Assembly (NCBI GenBank): GCA_977017645.1
Contig: OZ360240.1
Location: forward strand, 33,108,001 to 33,172,000
Source: Torpedo marmorata
Taxonomy: Eukaryota
Direction of reading: 5' to 3'
DNA: 64,000 nt
Within the stretch, counting starts at the first letter, position 1; each line of letters begins with the position of its first letter. A program made the position numbers and the translations under genes. This document shows, piece by piece, positions 10,161-23,383 of this stretch. The notes under the pieces were generated by a model. It worked only from the letters and a program-made list of their open reading frames with translations, made no database searches and had not been told where the DNA came from.

Positions 10161-11667
10161 TTGCCATGGTTTGCATCTTGGAAATGTCAAATACAAAATG
10201 GCATAGTTTTTGGTGATAATTGCTTTAATTTACTATGTTGCAAATATCATGAACTATAGATTTACACAAAGTCCTTTATTTATACTGGATCATAATTGAC
10301 CTGGGATTGCATGGTATTAAGTTAATGATAGTTCATTTTTTAAAAAAAGTTCTGCTATCGCTAAAAGAATGTTCTGCAGAACCCGATTGCATGGTGAAAC
10401 ACTTGCATACGTTATTCTATTTGAACTCTTTTCCACACCCCCCCCTCCCAACTACCGTCACTTATTAAAACATTTTCCAGTGTGAACTCCTGGCAATTGA
10501 TGCTCCCAACATCATTTCACAAAGCCTATAACCAGAGTCTGTGTTCAAGTTGTCGAATTGTACTCTCGCATTCTTTAGCATGACAGATTTTAATGCAGTG
10601 CAGAATTTGAAACTACACTGTTAAAGTGGTTAACATTTAATCTTCAACTGGTTGTGCAGCTATTGCTCTGACAATGAGGGTGTCCTTAAAGTCCTGACAA
10701 GCCTCAACAGTTGGAGTGCCATTGGCAAGATTAAACATTTCAAACAAGTTAGTCACTGTTTCGTTAAGTGCTTGTAATTTATCTTGAGTTGTTGTGCCTT
10801 GAAGAAATCTCCCATTTGCTACTTTTTCACTTACAAAGGCAGTGATCTTGTAAATGATGTAAGACTTTTGAGGATTACTACTGAATCTATTTTGCGTTAA
10901 CCTGAAATATCTTCTTCATTTATCAAATTTTTTTAAAATGACAGAAAAGCTTTGACAGCAAACAATTCAAATATAACATTTACAGAATAAAACAAAACTT
11001 GGAACTCTGCAATAAAATTAAAAGCCAATGAAGATCACTTGGTGATTGAAAGGGGTTAACTTTCAATATGTTACTCTTATCAAAAGCTTATTCCTCCTTT
11101 TGGAGGGGTAAGATCTGATGTTAACCAATAAATCTTTTTCAAATGTTGAGTAACCCTTTCTGAATTCTCAGTGTTCTCTTAAATTGAAGGAACATCTATC
11201 TGAGATACTCTGAGAAACTTGAAGGTTTAAGCTGCTAAAACTGCTAAAGGTATTTGTATTATCATGTCATCTTTCAGATTTGTTTCTCCTACAGTTACAA
11301 ATGACTTGTGACAGCATCTCAAATCTTGTTACATATCTGGATTAGGGAGCAATGTTTTCATATGGCTACAGGGATTAGTCAAAATATCAAAACAGCCAGA
11401 GCTCCAGTTATACTGATATAATTTAGCATCTTCTAAAATATCTTTGCTCATGTGATTAAACATCTTAATTTTTGTGGTGCGTTTGAAGACTTCAAGATCA
11501 GTTGTTGAGAGTAAACTATTGCAAGCAGATTTGGTTGTATTCTGAAGGTCACTTGTTCACATGTTTTTTTTTATGGTATGTAAATGTTTTTTAAGTGTTA
11601 GTGAAATATCAATTGTCAACAATATTACTATTCAGTAAAGCAAGGAAACTTAAATTGATGAAATCCA

Positions 11668-13267
11668 AACAGAGCAATTATAGGACATGGTTCAATATTA
11701 ATCTTAAAAATCAATGATAAAGATTTAAAAATATCCTTCCAAAATCTCTCCAAATTGGGGCATTCCCAAAACATATGTATCAGTGAAGCTTCAAAAATTT
11801 TACATCTCTCACACAATGGATCTATGTCAGTGTAAAAACGTGATAGTTTAAGTTTAGACATATGAATTCTATGTACCACTTTAAATTGTAGTAAACAGTG
11901 ACTAGCACAAAATGATGAGACATTAATTAGATCAAGAGCATTGTACCAAACTTGATCTGAAAATGTAACATTCAAATCACGTTCCCATTCATTCTTGATC
12001 CTCGTCATGGAAGCTACTCTGATTTCCAATAAATTATTATATATACATGACGTTAATCCATGTTGGAAAAAAAAACGTATATTAAAAAGTAAATCGAGAA
12101 AATTAGAACTTAAAATTCGAGGAAAATCTGAAAGCTTAGACTGAACAAAAAATCTAATTTGTAAGTATCTAAAAAAAATGTCTATTAGTAAGATTAAATT
12201 TATTGACCAATTGTTCGAAAGTGGCAAAACTATCTCGAATAAAAAAAAAAAAATCATTAAAACTGAATTCCCAATCTATACCATTCCCTAAATCCTACAT
12301 CCATCACAGATGGCTGGAAAAGGTGATTATCTATAATAGGACTAGCCAGAGAAAAGCTATTAAATCCAAAAAAATTTCTAAACTGCCCATATTCTCAACC
12401 TATATCTCAATACCGGATTATGAGTTAATTTAACAAATGAAAATGGTAAAAAGGATCCTAAAATTGCTAACATATTTGGTTTTTTTTTTAAAAAACCAAT
12501 TCCATTTCCACCCAGGATGGGCAATTCTCTAACTTATCAAAATGCAATAACAAAAGCAAATTACGAATATTAATCGCCCAATAATAAAATCTGGAAGTGA
12601 TAACCCTCCATTCTTTTTAATTTTTTGCTCTGTTTGGTTTTTCACGTGAACTTAACATATCTTTGTCTGCATCACAGGAAAAAGTTTTAGCTTTTTCCAC
12701 ATTGATTGCCAGACAAGCAATTTTATTGAAATGGAAAGATGAGTTATCACCAACACATAGACAGTGGTTACTAGATGTAATGTCCTATCTGAGTTTGGAG
12801 AAAATTAGATATAATATTAAAGATAGAAAGTTTCAATTTTTAAAGATCTGGGGCCATTCATTGAATACTATCATGATTGGAAGAATTAACAAAACTGACT
12901 ATCCCGAGGACTCTCTGTCTGACGCTTGGAGGGCGCTACAGGATCCATATCCTTTCCCCCCCTCCCCCCCTTTTTTACAACATCAATGTAACCTTGCTTA
13001 GAGGGAGGGGTTAGAATAGATTCGTTTTTAGTGTTTTTTTTGTCTTTTTTTCTTTCTTTTTATTTTATTTTCAAGTGGTTTTTTTTAAAAGATAATTATT
13101 TGGAACTAGAGTTTTAACCTATATTAAGAATTTAGTTACGACAATTTACTTAGTTTTTTTATATATATACATGTATAAATACCAGCTGATTTTTTGAATG
13201 TTTTTCTTAATTTTGTTACTCTGTATACATGTATATTGTTGAAACTCAATAAAAATATTTTAAAAAG
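11668..13267 (+). mobile_element. L1 retrotransposon, 5'-truncated with 5' inversion
   Basis: 11668-~12622 is L1 ORF2 on - (GGLSLP, FFRYLQIR, LQFKVVHR, HMFWECP). ~12625-13267 is the ORF2 end plus 3' UTR on + with AATAAA and an A-rich tail. Perfect 16-bp TSD AAATTGATGAAATCCA (11652-11667, 13268-13283). Confidence 0.92.
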
Positions 13268-13436
13268 AAATTGATGAAATCCATGCACTAATGCACCCGT
13301 TGATTTTAAAAATTTCTAGTGTACTGTACTCAGCAATACACTGCATTGAACATAGAGTAGATTAGCTGTTGATCCTGAAACCATAGTAGTTCAGGAAGGC
13401 TCCTAAACGACCTGTATTAGAATAGTAGATGTGATT

Positions 13437-13607
13437 TTAAATTTAAATTTAGACATGCAGCACGGTAACAGGCCATTTCGGCCCATGAGCCCGTGTCGCC
13501 GAATTACACCCAATTGACCTACAACCCCAGTACGTTTTTTTTTTAAATGGTGGGAAGAAACCGGAGCACCCGCAGGAAACCCACGCAGACACAGAAGAAC
13601 ATACAAA
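13437..13607 (-). mobile_element. V-SINE (HE1-like) fragment
   Basis: Reverse complement of the V-domain (gttcttctgtgtctgcgtgggtttcc...gctccggtttc) with a CR1-derived tail. Confidence 0.8.
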
Positions 13608-14627
13608 TTATTGCTGCCAACTTTTTCTCATTACAATGCAGATTTGATTTTGGAAATGTTTATTTCTGTAGTCCTTTCCCACAATAGTTCATTCTAATTC
13701 TTGCCTTTTTGTTGTAACATTTTTTTGCTGGCAGTGACAAAATGATGTGTTAATTGGCTTCTATAATTTATTAGGGTTGAGTGTCTAGAATAAAGTCAAT
13801 AACCTAAATCTGTTTTGGGAGAATTGCCACTGAAGAGATTATATCAGCATGATTGATTGTCCACGGTGCTTCCAGTCTTATCCAATGCACAAAGGAATGC
13901 ATGCAAAAATGGGAATATGTGTTTCTGATCTTGGCCAGGTTGCCACTGATAGTCTCAAATCCTATCTAGGAAGTAGGAGAAATACAGCCCTTGATGGCCC
14001 TTCCTTTGCCCAATTTTCAGAACTTTTATTTTTCCCAGGCTTCTCCTTTACCATTCCTCATTGTACCTTTTGCACTCTCAAGTACATTTGAATAGAGCTG
14101 AATTTTCCTCTAGTCAGAGTAGGAATATAACTGGAAGCATTTCAGAAATGCAAAGCAAAAAGTTGCAGACGCTGGCAATGCAAATTAACAATTGGAAATA
14201 CTCACCAGGTCAAGTCACCACTGTAGAGAAGGAAACAATTAATGTTTCAGGTCAATTAATAGCTATCATCCCTAAACATTTGACTCTGCTTGTACTGGGA
14301 CAAATTTCCATTTAGGATCTAATGTTTCCTGGGGGAGTGCCTGGTTCTGTGGGCAAGGATTTACTTGGGTGTTAATTGTGATGGACAGGCCCAAAATATT
14401 GAAAAATCTGGTGAATTGTAGTTGCACAGGCAAGATTTCTTGAGTTGTCACACTCCTTTTGAGTTTTGTAATTCATCTGTGACCTTCAGGCACAAGTATA
14501 GTGGGGAGGGTGACGACCACAAGTTATTCTATTTGACTTCCCCTTGAGAGCCTTGTTGAGCGCAATGGCAGTTACAATCAATTGAACCAAATCCTGGGTA
14601 AATTTAAAACCTTTTAAAGCATGTCCA

Positions 14628-15230
14628 TTATCTACATGTGGCATTCTCTACATCGGAGAGACCGGTCGTAGATTGGGAGATCGCTTCGCTGAGCATCTCC
14701 TCTCCGTCCGCAACAACAGCGACCTCCCAGTAGCCAACTATTTCAATTCTGAGTCACACTCCCACACTCACATGTCTGTCTGTGGCCTTATGTACTATCC
14801 CACCCAGACCACCCGCAAATTGGAGGAACAACATCTTATTTTCCGTCTGGGCACTCTCCAGCCAGATGGCATTAACATTGACTTTTCTGCTTTCCACTAA
14901 ACCTGCTCGCCTTTTCCTTCCCCTCCCCCTTCCCTGTCCTTCCAGTTTTTCAACCCACCCAGCCATCCCTCCCCCTTTTTGCTGCTGTTCCCTCCTCCTT
15001 TCTCCACCTATTATCTCCTGCCTTTGCCACCCCCCTTCCCCCCCCCCTCACTCTTTTGTTTGGACGCCTGCCGGCATTATCTCATACTTTGATGAAGGGC
15101 TCAAGCCCGAAACGTCGGTTATGTAATTCTACCTTTGCTACATAAAGGACACTGTTTGACCTGCTGAGCTTCTCCAGCATTTGTGTTTTTTTACTTCAAC
15201 CACGGTGTCTACAGATTTTCGTAATTTACT
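14628..15230 (+). mobile_element. Penelope-like 3' fragment with hammerhead (15083-15123) and 12-bp TSD
   Basis: Near-identical to 8997-9589; TSD AAAGCATGTCCA at 14616-14627 and 15235-15246. Confidence 0.9.
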
Positions 15231-16518
15231 TTTCAAAGCATGTCCAACAGCACTTCCTAAGTCGGGTCTGAGCTAGTGTGGCACTACAGTACAGTAATAA
15301 GGTTGTGACTTAAATGAACCATAATGTTGATATTGTAATGCAATCCTATACTCTGCCATTGTGCTCATTAAATGGTTGTATGAATGTTAGAGAAAACCTA
15401 TCAGTCTACTTGCAGAAGAACCCATTTCACTACACTAGGTATTTTGTGTCAAATAAACTTAAACATCATTGCAGCACTTGTTCTTCCAAGGGTGTGCATA
15501 AACTATAGAATTTATGTTCACTTTGTATCTTCAGAGGGATGATGAAAACTTTTTTTTGTTGGGATGATTCCCAAAACATTGCTGAGAGGTCCTGTTTTGA
15601 TGATCAGAGCAATTTTGTCACGAGAATGATAGCAAATCCTGAGAACATCTTGAGTAACTTTATTTCCAGTTAACGCTACTTCAAAATCAAAGTGCTTTTT
15701 TGTCACTCAACATGCTCAACCTTAACGTGCATAAAGTGCTACCCTGAGTAACACTCCTTGGAGTACTCTAATAATTGATAACAATAACTCCACATCCCAC
15801 TCCCCAACATTTGGATATCTATTCAGTATGTCTCCATGTTCATGAATTATTTAGAACAAGTTTTATTAAGTCTATATTGATCGTGATGATCAAATGAATA
15901 ACTTGCTTGAGTGCAGTGTCTCACACTATTGTGATATTTCTTGAATTGAAGATAACCAAACATGAATTTTCATTTAGAATGTTGTTTGGAATGACTGTAA
16001 GACTGACACACAAGAGTTTGCACATAATAACAAGTTATCAGTAACTATGAATAGGGGCTAAATGACTCCCAATATAGATTTGACCTCTTGCTTTTGTGCA
16101 TAGAATTCCATCTCTGACATTTCAAAGCATAGTCACTCAACAGGATATATTACAGTACCAAGTTAATTGGATTGCTGTACAAATTCACACCTTTGTTTTG
16201 CCCGTGAGACATCGGACTATTTTGTGGTTGGCTTCATAGAACAATTTGGCCAACTTTTTCATCACGACAAGCTTGGGAGAGATGCAGTCATAGTCATAGT
16301 CAACAATCATAGATCTCACGACAAGCTCTTCTGGGAGGAGAATGATTTGAAGCAGCATGCCTTTTCAAAACCACTATCGCAAAACTAATTTTGCTGTTAT
16401 TACATCTTACACCAACAGAATTGTGAGAGCAATAAGACAGCACATGCAAGAAAAATCAGGATGTGAATAACATTCGCTATATTACTCCTTCCCTCTCATC
16501 CTCCCTCAGGGTTTAGAT

Positions 16519-16674
16519 CAGAGGTTCTCCACCTTTTTTTTTCCCACACACATACCACCTTAAGTAATCCCTTACTAACCTCAGCACCTATGCCATAGGT
16601 GCTCTGTGGTTAGTAAGGGATTACTTAAAGTGGTATGTGAGTGGGGGCGGGGGATAAAAGGTTGAGAACCACTG
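16519..16674. mobile_element. hAT (Charlie/MER5-like) palindromic MITE
   Basis: TIRs CAGAGGTTCTCCACCTTT / AAAGGTTGAGAACCACTG; perfect 8-bp TSD GTTTAGAT; internal palindrome. Confidence 0.9.
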
Positions 16675-18510
16675 GTTTAGATGAAGGGAGACAAATTCTG
16701 CTGCTAAATCCAAATTCTTAGCAATTCTTTGTCAATTTTCTTATCCAAAAGAACATATACGTAATCTATTTTTGATCACCAAGTTTTTTGACATTTTGGA
16801 CAAATCGATAAACTACTGATTCATTTCAACTTGTTTCATTTTTTATAGATTTTAGAAAATAAATCATCACTCTGGTCTTTTTTCCAAGAATTGTCACTCA
16901 CAATTAGCTTCACCTACCCACAACAATTGACAATGTGTCATACTCTTTAGTTATCCTTTGAAAATATAATTATCTGTTCATCTTAAAAAAAGCCTGCAAA
17001 ATGAGATGTAGACATTATGCAAGTTCATTCGACTTTGCTTTTCTTTTATCTGAAAGCAAATTAATGAGCTGTGACCCCTCTCAGTAAATAAAACAAGCCC
17101 TTTTAAAGTAGAATTTCCTTTAATTTGGGATGACAAATTATTATTTTTATTTGTTCAGAAGTGGGAGGTTGATTTCCAGAACCAAAATTGGGAAAATTGT
17201 CCTCAATTGTTGATCCCAAACTTGGATTTGTACATGAAAGCAGACCCAGTAAGTGAGACTTTTCACAGTCCTGTTGACCGAGATACAGGCACAAAAATAA
17301 GAGAAAAGGAACTTCCTGCTTTATATTCTCAGCAAGTAGCCTGGAGCCACAGACTGTACGCATTTCCATTTGGGAGGCATGTTTTCTCACTAGGGACAGA
17401 TAGCTTTATGCTTTTCCAGCACAAAGCAAGTGCAACATTGCGAATTTGTTTGCAAGAATACTTGCTTGGTAAACTGGCAAGAAAGGATGTTGACGTGCAT
17501 GGGTAAACATGCGATTAGTCCTGAAGCATGGAATTAGAAGAATTGTTTGTACACAGTTGGTAGAGCATTGAATGAGTTAGCAAAAATATACTCAAAGTTA
17601 AATTGATCACACTTTGAGAAAGGGAGTGTACTTGGATCAGGATATGCAATGTACTTCTAAGTGAGCATTTGCCATTTTAAAATTTTCATTATAAATTGTG
17701 TGCACATTTGTATATTTCAATGCAAATATTATAATTGACCCTTGGAACAAGAAGTGATCACAGCTTGCTTTTTAAATGGACAACTTAAGAGTATAAATGT
17801 GAACACATTTATAAGGCAAGTTTTCTGTTCTTTTTAAATATGTAGAGCATTTAAGGGGGAGTGATTTTTCTCTCATAACTGGTGGGATATTAGAGTTGTA
17901 GAGCATAGAAACAGGCCCTTTGGCCCAACTTGTCCGCTTTGACCAAAAAGCCCCACTTGTACAAGTCCCACCTGGCTGCGTTTGGCTCATCCTTCTAAAC
18001 CGATTTGATTCCTTTATTGTCATGTACTAATACACAAAATTTGTCAACTTTTGACTTCCTTGAAGGCACATAAAGAGATGACACTAGCATTGCCCAGTGC
18101 CCCCAACAATGAGAAAGAGAAGCCAAAGAGAGTCCCTTCAGAGACACCGAGTGTCCGTGGATTCGCTTCCAGTCTATCCTATCCATGTATCTGTCCAAAT
18201 GTTTCTACAATGTTGCAATAGTACCTGCCTCAACTACTTCCTCTGGCAGCTTCTGTGTGTGTGCGTGTCCGTGTTCCCCCCCCCCCTCCCCCCGCCTCAG
18301 GTCTCTATTAAATCTCTCCATCACGCCTTAAACTGATCTCCTCTGGTTCTTCATTTTCCCCTACTCAGTTCACCCGATCTACTCCTCTTATGATTTTTGG
18401 ACAACTCTGAGATTGCCCCTCAATCTCCTGCACTCCAAGGAATAAGGCACTAGCCTGCTAAACCTCTCTTTACTCCCTTTGGCCAACAAGTCCTGGCAAC
18501 ATTCTTGTAA

Positions 18511-18746
18511 ACGGTTAGTGTAGTGGTTAGCACAACACTATTACAGCACCAGTGACCTGGATTTGAATCCGCTGTTGTCCGTAAGAAGTTTGTATGTTCT
18601 CCCCGTGTCTGTGTGTGTTTCCTCCGGATACTCTGGTTTCCTCGAATCTTTCGAAATGTACCGAGGTTGTAGGTTAATTGGGATATTTGGGCGGCCAGGC
18701 TCGTGAGCTGGAAGGACATGTTACCTTGGTGTTTGTCTAAATTAAA
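18511..18746 (+). mobile_element. tRNA-derived V-SINE (HE1-like)
   Basis: A-box-like tagtgtagtggttag, B-box-like ggatttgaatcc, V-domain gtttgtatgttctccccgtgtctg. Confidence 0.8.
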
Positions 18747-18947
18747 AAATTCTTCTCTGCACCTTCTCCAGCTTGACAACATCTTTCCTATAGCATGGTG
18801 ACCAAAACTGAATACAGTACTCCAAATTGGGCCTCACCAACTTCTTGTACAACATGACCTCCCAAATTCTAAACTCTGACTGATGAAGCCAATGTGCCGA
18901 AATCTTTTTTGTCCACCCTATTTACCTGTCATGCCACTTTCAATGTA

Positions 18948-20255
18948 CAGGTATGCGCCGCTTAACGTCCGTTCAGGCAACGTCCGACCGCATATACGTC
19001 CGTCTTCCGATAAGGTTATAATAGAGTTCAGAAATCCCGATCGGAGAATGTGACGTAGCGGATGTAACCGGACGTACGCAACAATTTCCCGCACGGAACA
19101 TGTGTATCTCATGTCTTTTGTATACAAAGGCTTATGTATGTAGGTACTGTACTTTCTGTCTATTATGGCTCCCAAACGTAGCAAAACCAGTGCTAGTGAT
19201 AGCAGCAGCAAGATGCAAAGGAGAAGTATCGATTTGGAAGTGAAACAAAAGGTTATTAAACAACACAAAGGTGGAAAATCAGTGAATGCTATTGCTCGTG
19301 ATTTAGGCATGTCTCACTCGACAATCACGACGATCCACAAAAACAAAGAAAAAATTCTCCAAGCTGTTAAAGGATCGGCTCCACTGAAAGCTACAAGGCT
19401 AACGAAAATGCGAGAGGAACCTATATCAGATATGGAGAAATTGCTAATGACGTGGATTGAGGTCCAAACACAAAAGCGAATCCCTCTCAGCATGTTGACG
19501 ATCACTGCTAAGGCACGAAGCTTGTTCGACATGCTTAAAGAAAAAGCAGGACCAGACTACGATATCGAGTTTAGTGCTAGCTCTGGGTGGTTCAAGCGCT
19601 TCAAACAACGTTTTTCGCTGCATAATGTGAAAGTGAGTGGTGAGTCTGCGAGTGCTGATTCGATGGCAGCAGAAGAATTTGTTGAAACCTTAGATAAACT
19701 AGCTGAAGAAGAGGCAAGGGAAAAGGAAACTGCAGAAGGAGAAGAAGAACAGGTGCAGAAGAGGTTCACTGTTAAGGGGTTAGCCAAATTCTTTGCAGAC
19801 CTTAACAGCTTGCTGAAGAGTGCTGAAGAGATGGACCCAAACACTGAACGCTTTTCACTGATAGAGAGGAATGCTCATGCAGTGTTTGCTGCATATAAAG
19901 AAATTTATGAAGAAAAGAAAAGGCAAACTAGGCAAATAACACTGGACATATTCCTGAAGAAGCCAACACCTCCCCAAGAAGAGCCTCAGCCAGGTCCTTC
20001 AGGCATTACAGAGTGACAGTTCATCAATGGAGGTTACACTATGGAACACTATGAGGAAGTTGAGAACAGTGATGTGGATGATCCTGATCCTCTTTGTTAA
20101 ATTGTGTGTGATATAGGCTAAGAAAGTGTTTACATAAAAGTTTAAAAAGTGAAAAAAAATTAAACATTTTAATTTAGCGTAAGTTCAGTATCCCATATAG
20201 CTTTGCTAAGTATATACAGTAATATGGTGTTCGCATAACGCCCAATTTCACAGAG
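18948..20255 (+). mobile_element. Tigger (pogo superfamily) transposon, internally deleted
   Basis: TA|CAGGTATGCGCCGCTTAACG left end; contains the transposase ORF; right end eroded, followed by TA and resumed CR1 sequence. Confidence 0.85.
19165..20016 (+). CDS. Tigger transposase derivative, 283 aa: CENP-B-type DNA-binding domains, no DDE domain
   Basis: RRSIDLEVKQKVI..., MEKLLMTWIE, FSASSGWFKRFKQR, GESASAD, then a direct in-frame jump to the acidic C-terminus (MDPNTER, QITLDIF). No DETG or QPMD motifs. Confidence 0.75.
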   Translation: MAPKRSKTSASDSSSKMQRRSIDLEVKQKVIKQHKGGKSVNAIARDLGMSHSTITTIHKNKEKILQAVKGSAPLKATRLTKMREEPISDMEKLLMTWIEVQTQKRIPLSMLTITAKARSLFDMLKEKAGPDYDIEFSASSGWFKRFKQRFSLHNVKVSGESASADSMAAEEFVETLDKLAEEEAREKETAEGEEEQVQKRFTVKGLAKFFADLNSLLKSAEEMDPNTERFSLIERNAHAVFAAYKEIYEEKKRQTRQITLDIFLKKPTPPQEEPQPGPSGITE

Positions 20256-20320
20256 TACTATATACCTGTACTCCTAGACCCTTCAGCTCTACAACACTCC
20301 CCAGATTCCTACCATTCACT

Positions 20321-20878
20321 AGGCCTTTCCATACCGCAGAGTGTATGTGGGCAAACCAGGCGATTTACCCGGTAACTTACCTGGTAATCGTGCAGTTTGA
20401 AAAGGCCCAACCTGGCATGGCAGGTCAAAATCAACCGGGCTCCAAGACCTAGTCGGGGGGTACTCTCAGAGCCCGGACGAGTTAACCCGGCAACCGTCTT
20501 CTGGCGGTCTGAGAAAGCAAATGGCTTACCTGGTAAGATTACTGACATCAGCACCTGCGTGCTTGTGTCACATAAAACCCATAACAATAGAAATAAGAGA
20601 TACAACAATATAAATGTTACTTTAATGATGCCAAAGGGAACTAAGCCACAATATTAAAAGTATTTTAAAATTGCAAAACTTGTAGCTTACCGAAATCAAA
20701 AAACAACGGGCCCGCTCAGGGCGGCGGCGGCTCAATGCGGGATCAATGGCCGTCTTCGTTACCCATAATCCCCCATGCAGCTGGAACCGCTCTGCGTTTC
20801 CCTGGTGCTGGCAAAGTGACAGAATTGTGCTGCAATTCTTGGCAACTGTCTTCACTATCTGCAGTACCGGACACTTTA
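20321..20878. mobile_element. Possible PIF/Harbinger-like non-autonomous element
   Basis: GC/CpG-rich insert in CR1; starts aggcctttccataccgca, with an imperfect inverted copy tgcagtttgaaaaggcc at 20391-20407. TSD not resolved. Confidence 0.35.
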
Positions 20879-22169
20879 GTATCATATGCAAACTTGCTCA
20901 TCGTGCCATGTATTTTTTCCATCTAAATAATTGATATAGATAACAAAGAGCAATGGGCCCAGCACCAAACACTGAGGCACACCACTAATCACAGGCCTCC
21001 AGTCCAAAAAACAATCTTCCACCATTGCCCTCTGCTTTCTTCCGTTAAACAAATTTTCTATCCATTCGGCTATCTCCCTTGGATCCCATGTGATCCAACC
21101 TTCCAGAGCCAGCCGACTGTGAGGAACCTTATTGAACGCCTTGCTGAAGTCCATATGTACAATGTCTGCAGCTCTGGCCACATCTTTTTTTTTTTTTAAA
21201 CTCAATCAAATTTGTGAGATATGACCTACCACTTATATAACTGTGCTGACTATCCCTAACTAGCCCTTGTCCATCAAAATGCATGTTTATTGTCTCCCTC
21301 AGACTACTCTCTATAACTTGCTGACCACAGATGTTAGGCTCACTGGGCTGTAGTTCCCAGGCTTTTCCCTGCAGCCCTTCTTGAATAAAGGCACAACATT
21401 TGCCACCCTCCAGTCTGCCAGCACCTCACTTGCACTAATGACAACACAGTGACCGATATATCTGATCAGGCCCAGGAGATTTGTCCACCTTCATGCGCAT
21501 CAGGACCTTTAGCACCTCCTCAATCGTAATACTGACCGTTCTCAAGATACTACCATTGACTTCCCCAAGTTCCCCAGTCCTCATGCCTTTCTCCACAGAA
21601 AAACAGATGAAAAGTGCTCGTTAAGGATCTTGCCCATCTGCTGTGGCTCCACTCAGAATTGACGGTATTGATTCCTGAGGGGGTCCCATTTGTTTCTCTG
21701 GTTACCCTTTTTCCCTTTACAGACTTCTAAAATTTCTTGGGATTATCCTTAATGTTATCTGCCAGAACTATCTCCTGTCCCCTATTCTTTTTGCCATTTC
21801 TCCAGGAGGTCCTCCAAATGTTACTTCTGTGCAAGAGACTTCAAGAATCAGAATGGAAATTCCATGCAATAATTGAAGAAGTCCTAGTTTGAATATTTGA
21901 ATTGAGCAAATATATTTTTGTAAAAAAAAGAGCAACTAATGCTGCATTTTCAATTTGGTTAACATTGTAGTAAATGTCATTATGTGCAACATTCATAACA
22001 GGAGTATTTCTTATTTCTGCCTGTAACTGTACACATTGAATAAAGTCCTTTCACGATTGTCGACATCTATTTGCCATTGTGGACTTTTAATCCATTGACC
22101 AATAATTCCTGTATGAATTATCAATTTTATACAGCAACTTCTTTTACTTTACAGGTTTCAACCTAAACC

Positions 22170-22392
22170 ATGGGCGTGGTAGTAGAAGATGATAAAAACA
22201 CAGAAGTGAAAGCCCCTGATGGAGGCTGGGGTTGGGCAATTCTCATTGGATGTTTCGTCATCACTGGATTCTCTTATGCTTTTCCTAAAGCTGTTAGTGT
22301 TTTCTTCAAGGAATTAATCAAGGAATTCCATGTTGGGTACAGTGACACTGCTTGGATCTCTTCCATTGTGCTTGCTATGTTGTATGGAACAG
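22170..22392 (+). CDS. slc16a3: Monocarboxylate transporter 4, coding exon 1
   Basis: MGVVVEDD...[11 protein letters not shown] (MCT signature)...[12 protein letters not shown]...AMLYGT. Acceptor acAG at 22153-22154, donor GTAAAC at 22393; 223 coding nt, phase 1. Confidence 0.96.
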
Positions 22393-23383
22393 GTAAACAT
22401 TTATTGGGGGGAAAACAGATTTAATTTAACTATTGCTAACAATCTTGGTCTTCGTTTACAGCATTTGGAACTATTACTTTGACTTCAGTTTTTTAGTGAT
22501 GTGTGATACAAGTAGACTTTTTAACAGTATATTTTACAATGTAGTTAACTTTTCTCCTTTCTGATGATATTGATGTCCTTTATTGTGGGTTGCTTGCACA
22601 ATTGATCATTGACTGAGGGACCATCCTTCATGCTGAAGCTCCTGGTGTTTGTTGAAGGGCTATGCTGCAGATTAGGAGCAACTATTACTCGGCAGTATTA
22701 CTCGGCAGCTTTAACTGCTGACAGTTGTAACAATCCTTCTACTCCTCTGGTGCCTTTTATCTTTGCACAGATCACTAATCTAAACCAGAGTTTTTCAAGC
22801 TTGTTATCTCAAACTATTAGAGAGCCCAAAAAAAATGTGTTCCTCTATCACTTCCCTGCTTTTTAGTAGTCTCTCAGTTGGTTTTGGATGCCATATAATT
22901 ATAAACCCAGTGTCTGTTTCATTGGTGAAACTAAGTGGCAAGTAGCCCCAGGTTCTCTTTTTAAAAAAAACACTTCAAGATAATCTATTGGTCGTGATCT
23001 ATTTTGAGATGCAATGAGGATATAAACTCACTTTTTGAAAATTCTGCTGCTAGTTCCAAAAAAATATAGTAAAAATGAATTGTAGGAATACAAATGTTTG
23101 AGTAAAATGAACAAAATTCTCTGATCCTTTTGTCTCTCCTTGCAATATCGTCAAGGCAACAACAAAAAAATATTTTAATAGGGAAGGCTAGAAACCTATA
23201 AAGGGTGCTTGCCCATTAATTTAGCTGTTTTAGAAAATTTGGATATGTTTGCTTGGAGTCGTGAAAGGGTCCACACCCATTCTTTTATTTGTTCCAAGCC
23301 AGTCAGGAAAATCCATGTCTAAACAAGCAAAAGTTCATAAAGGTAGCTATTTTCATCAAACACTTACCTCATTCATACGAATA

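Larger units (their letters stand above)
17890..21790 (-). mobile_element. Degenerate CR1 LINE hosting several nested insertions
   Basis: CR1 3' UTR at 17890; RT motifs MDFSKAFNKVPH, SGVPQ..VLGPLLF at 20882-21205; interrupted at about 17998-18168, 18511-18746, 18948-20255 and 20321-20878. Confidence 0.8.

Noticed and set aside
15720-17510. RCGTG hypoxia-response-like motifs (near 15726 and 17493) upstream of HIF-regulated slc16a3
   Set aside because: A 5-bp motif is expected by chance; no TSS or conservation evidence.
20256-20270. ATACCTG-TA as the right TIR of the Tigger
   Set aside because: It also matches the resumed CR1 host sequence (ctat.tacctgtactcctag), so it is probably coincidental; the right end is treated as eroded.
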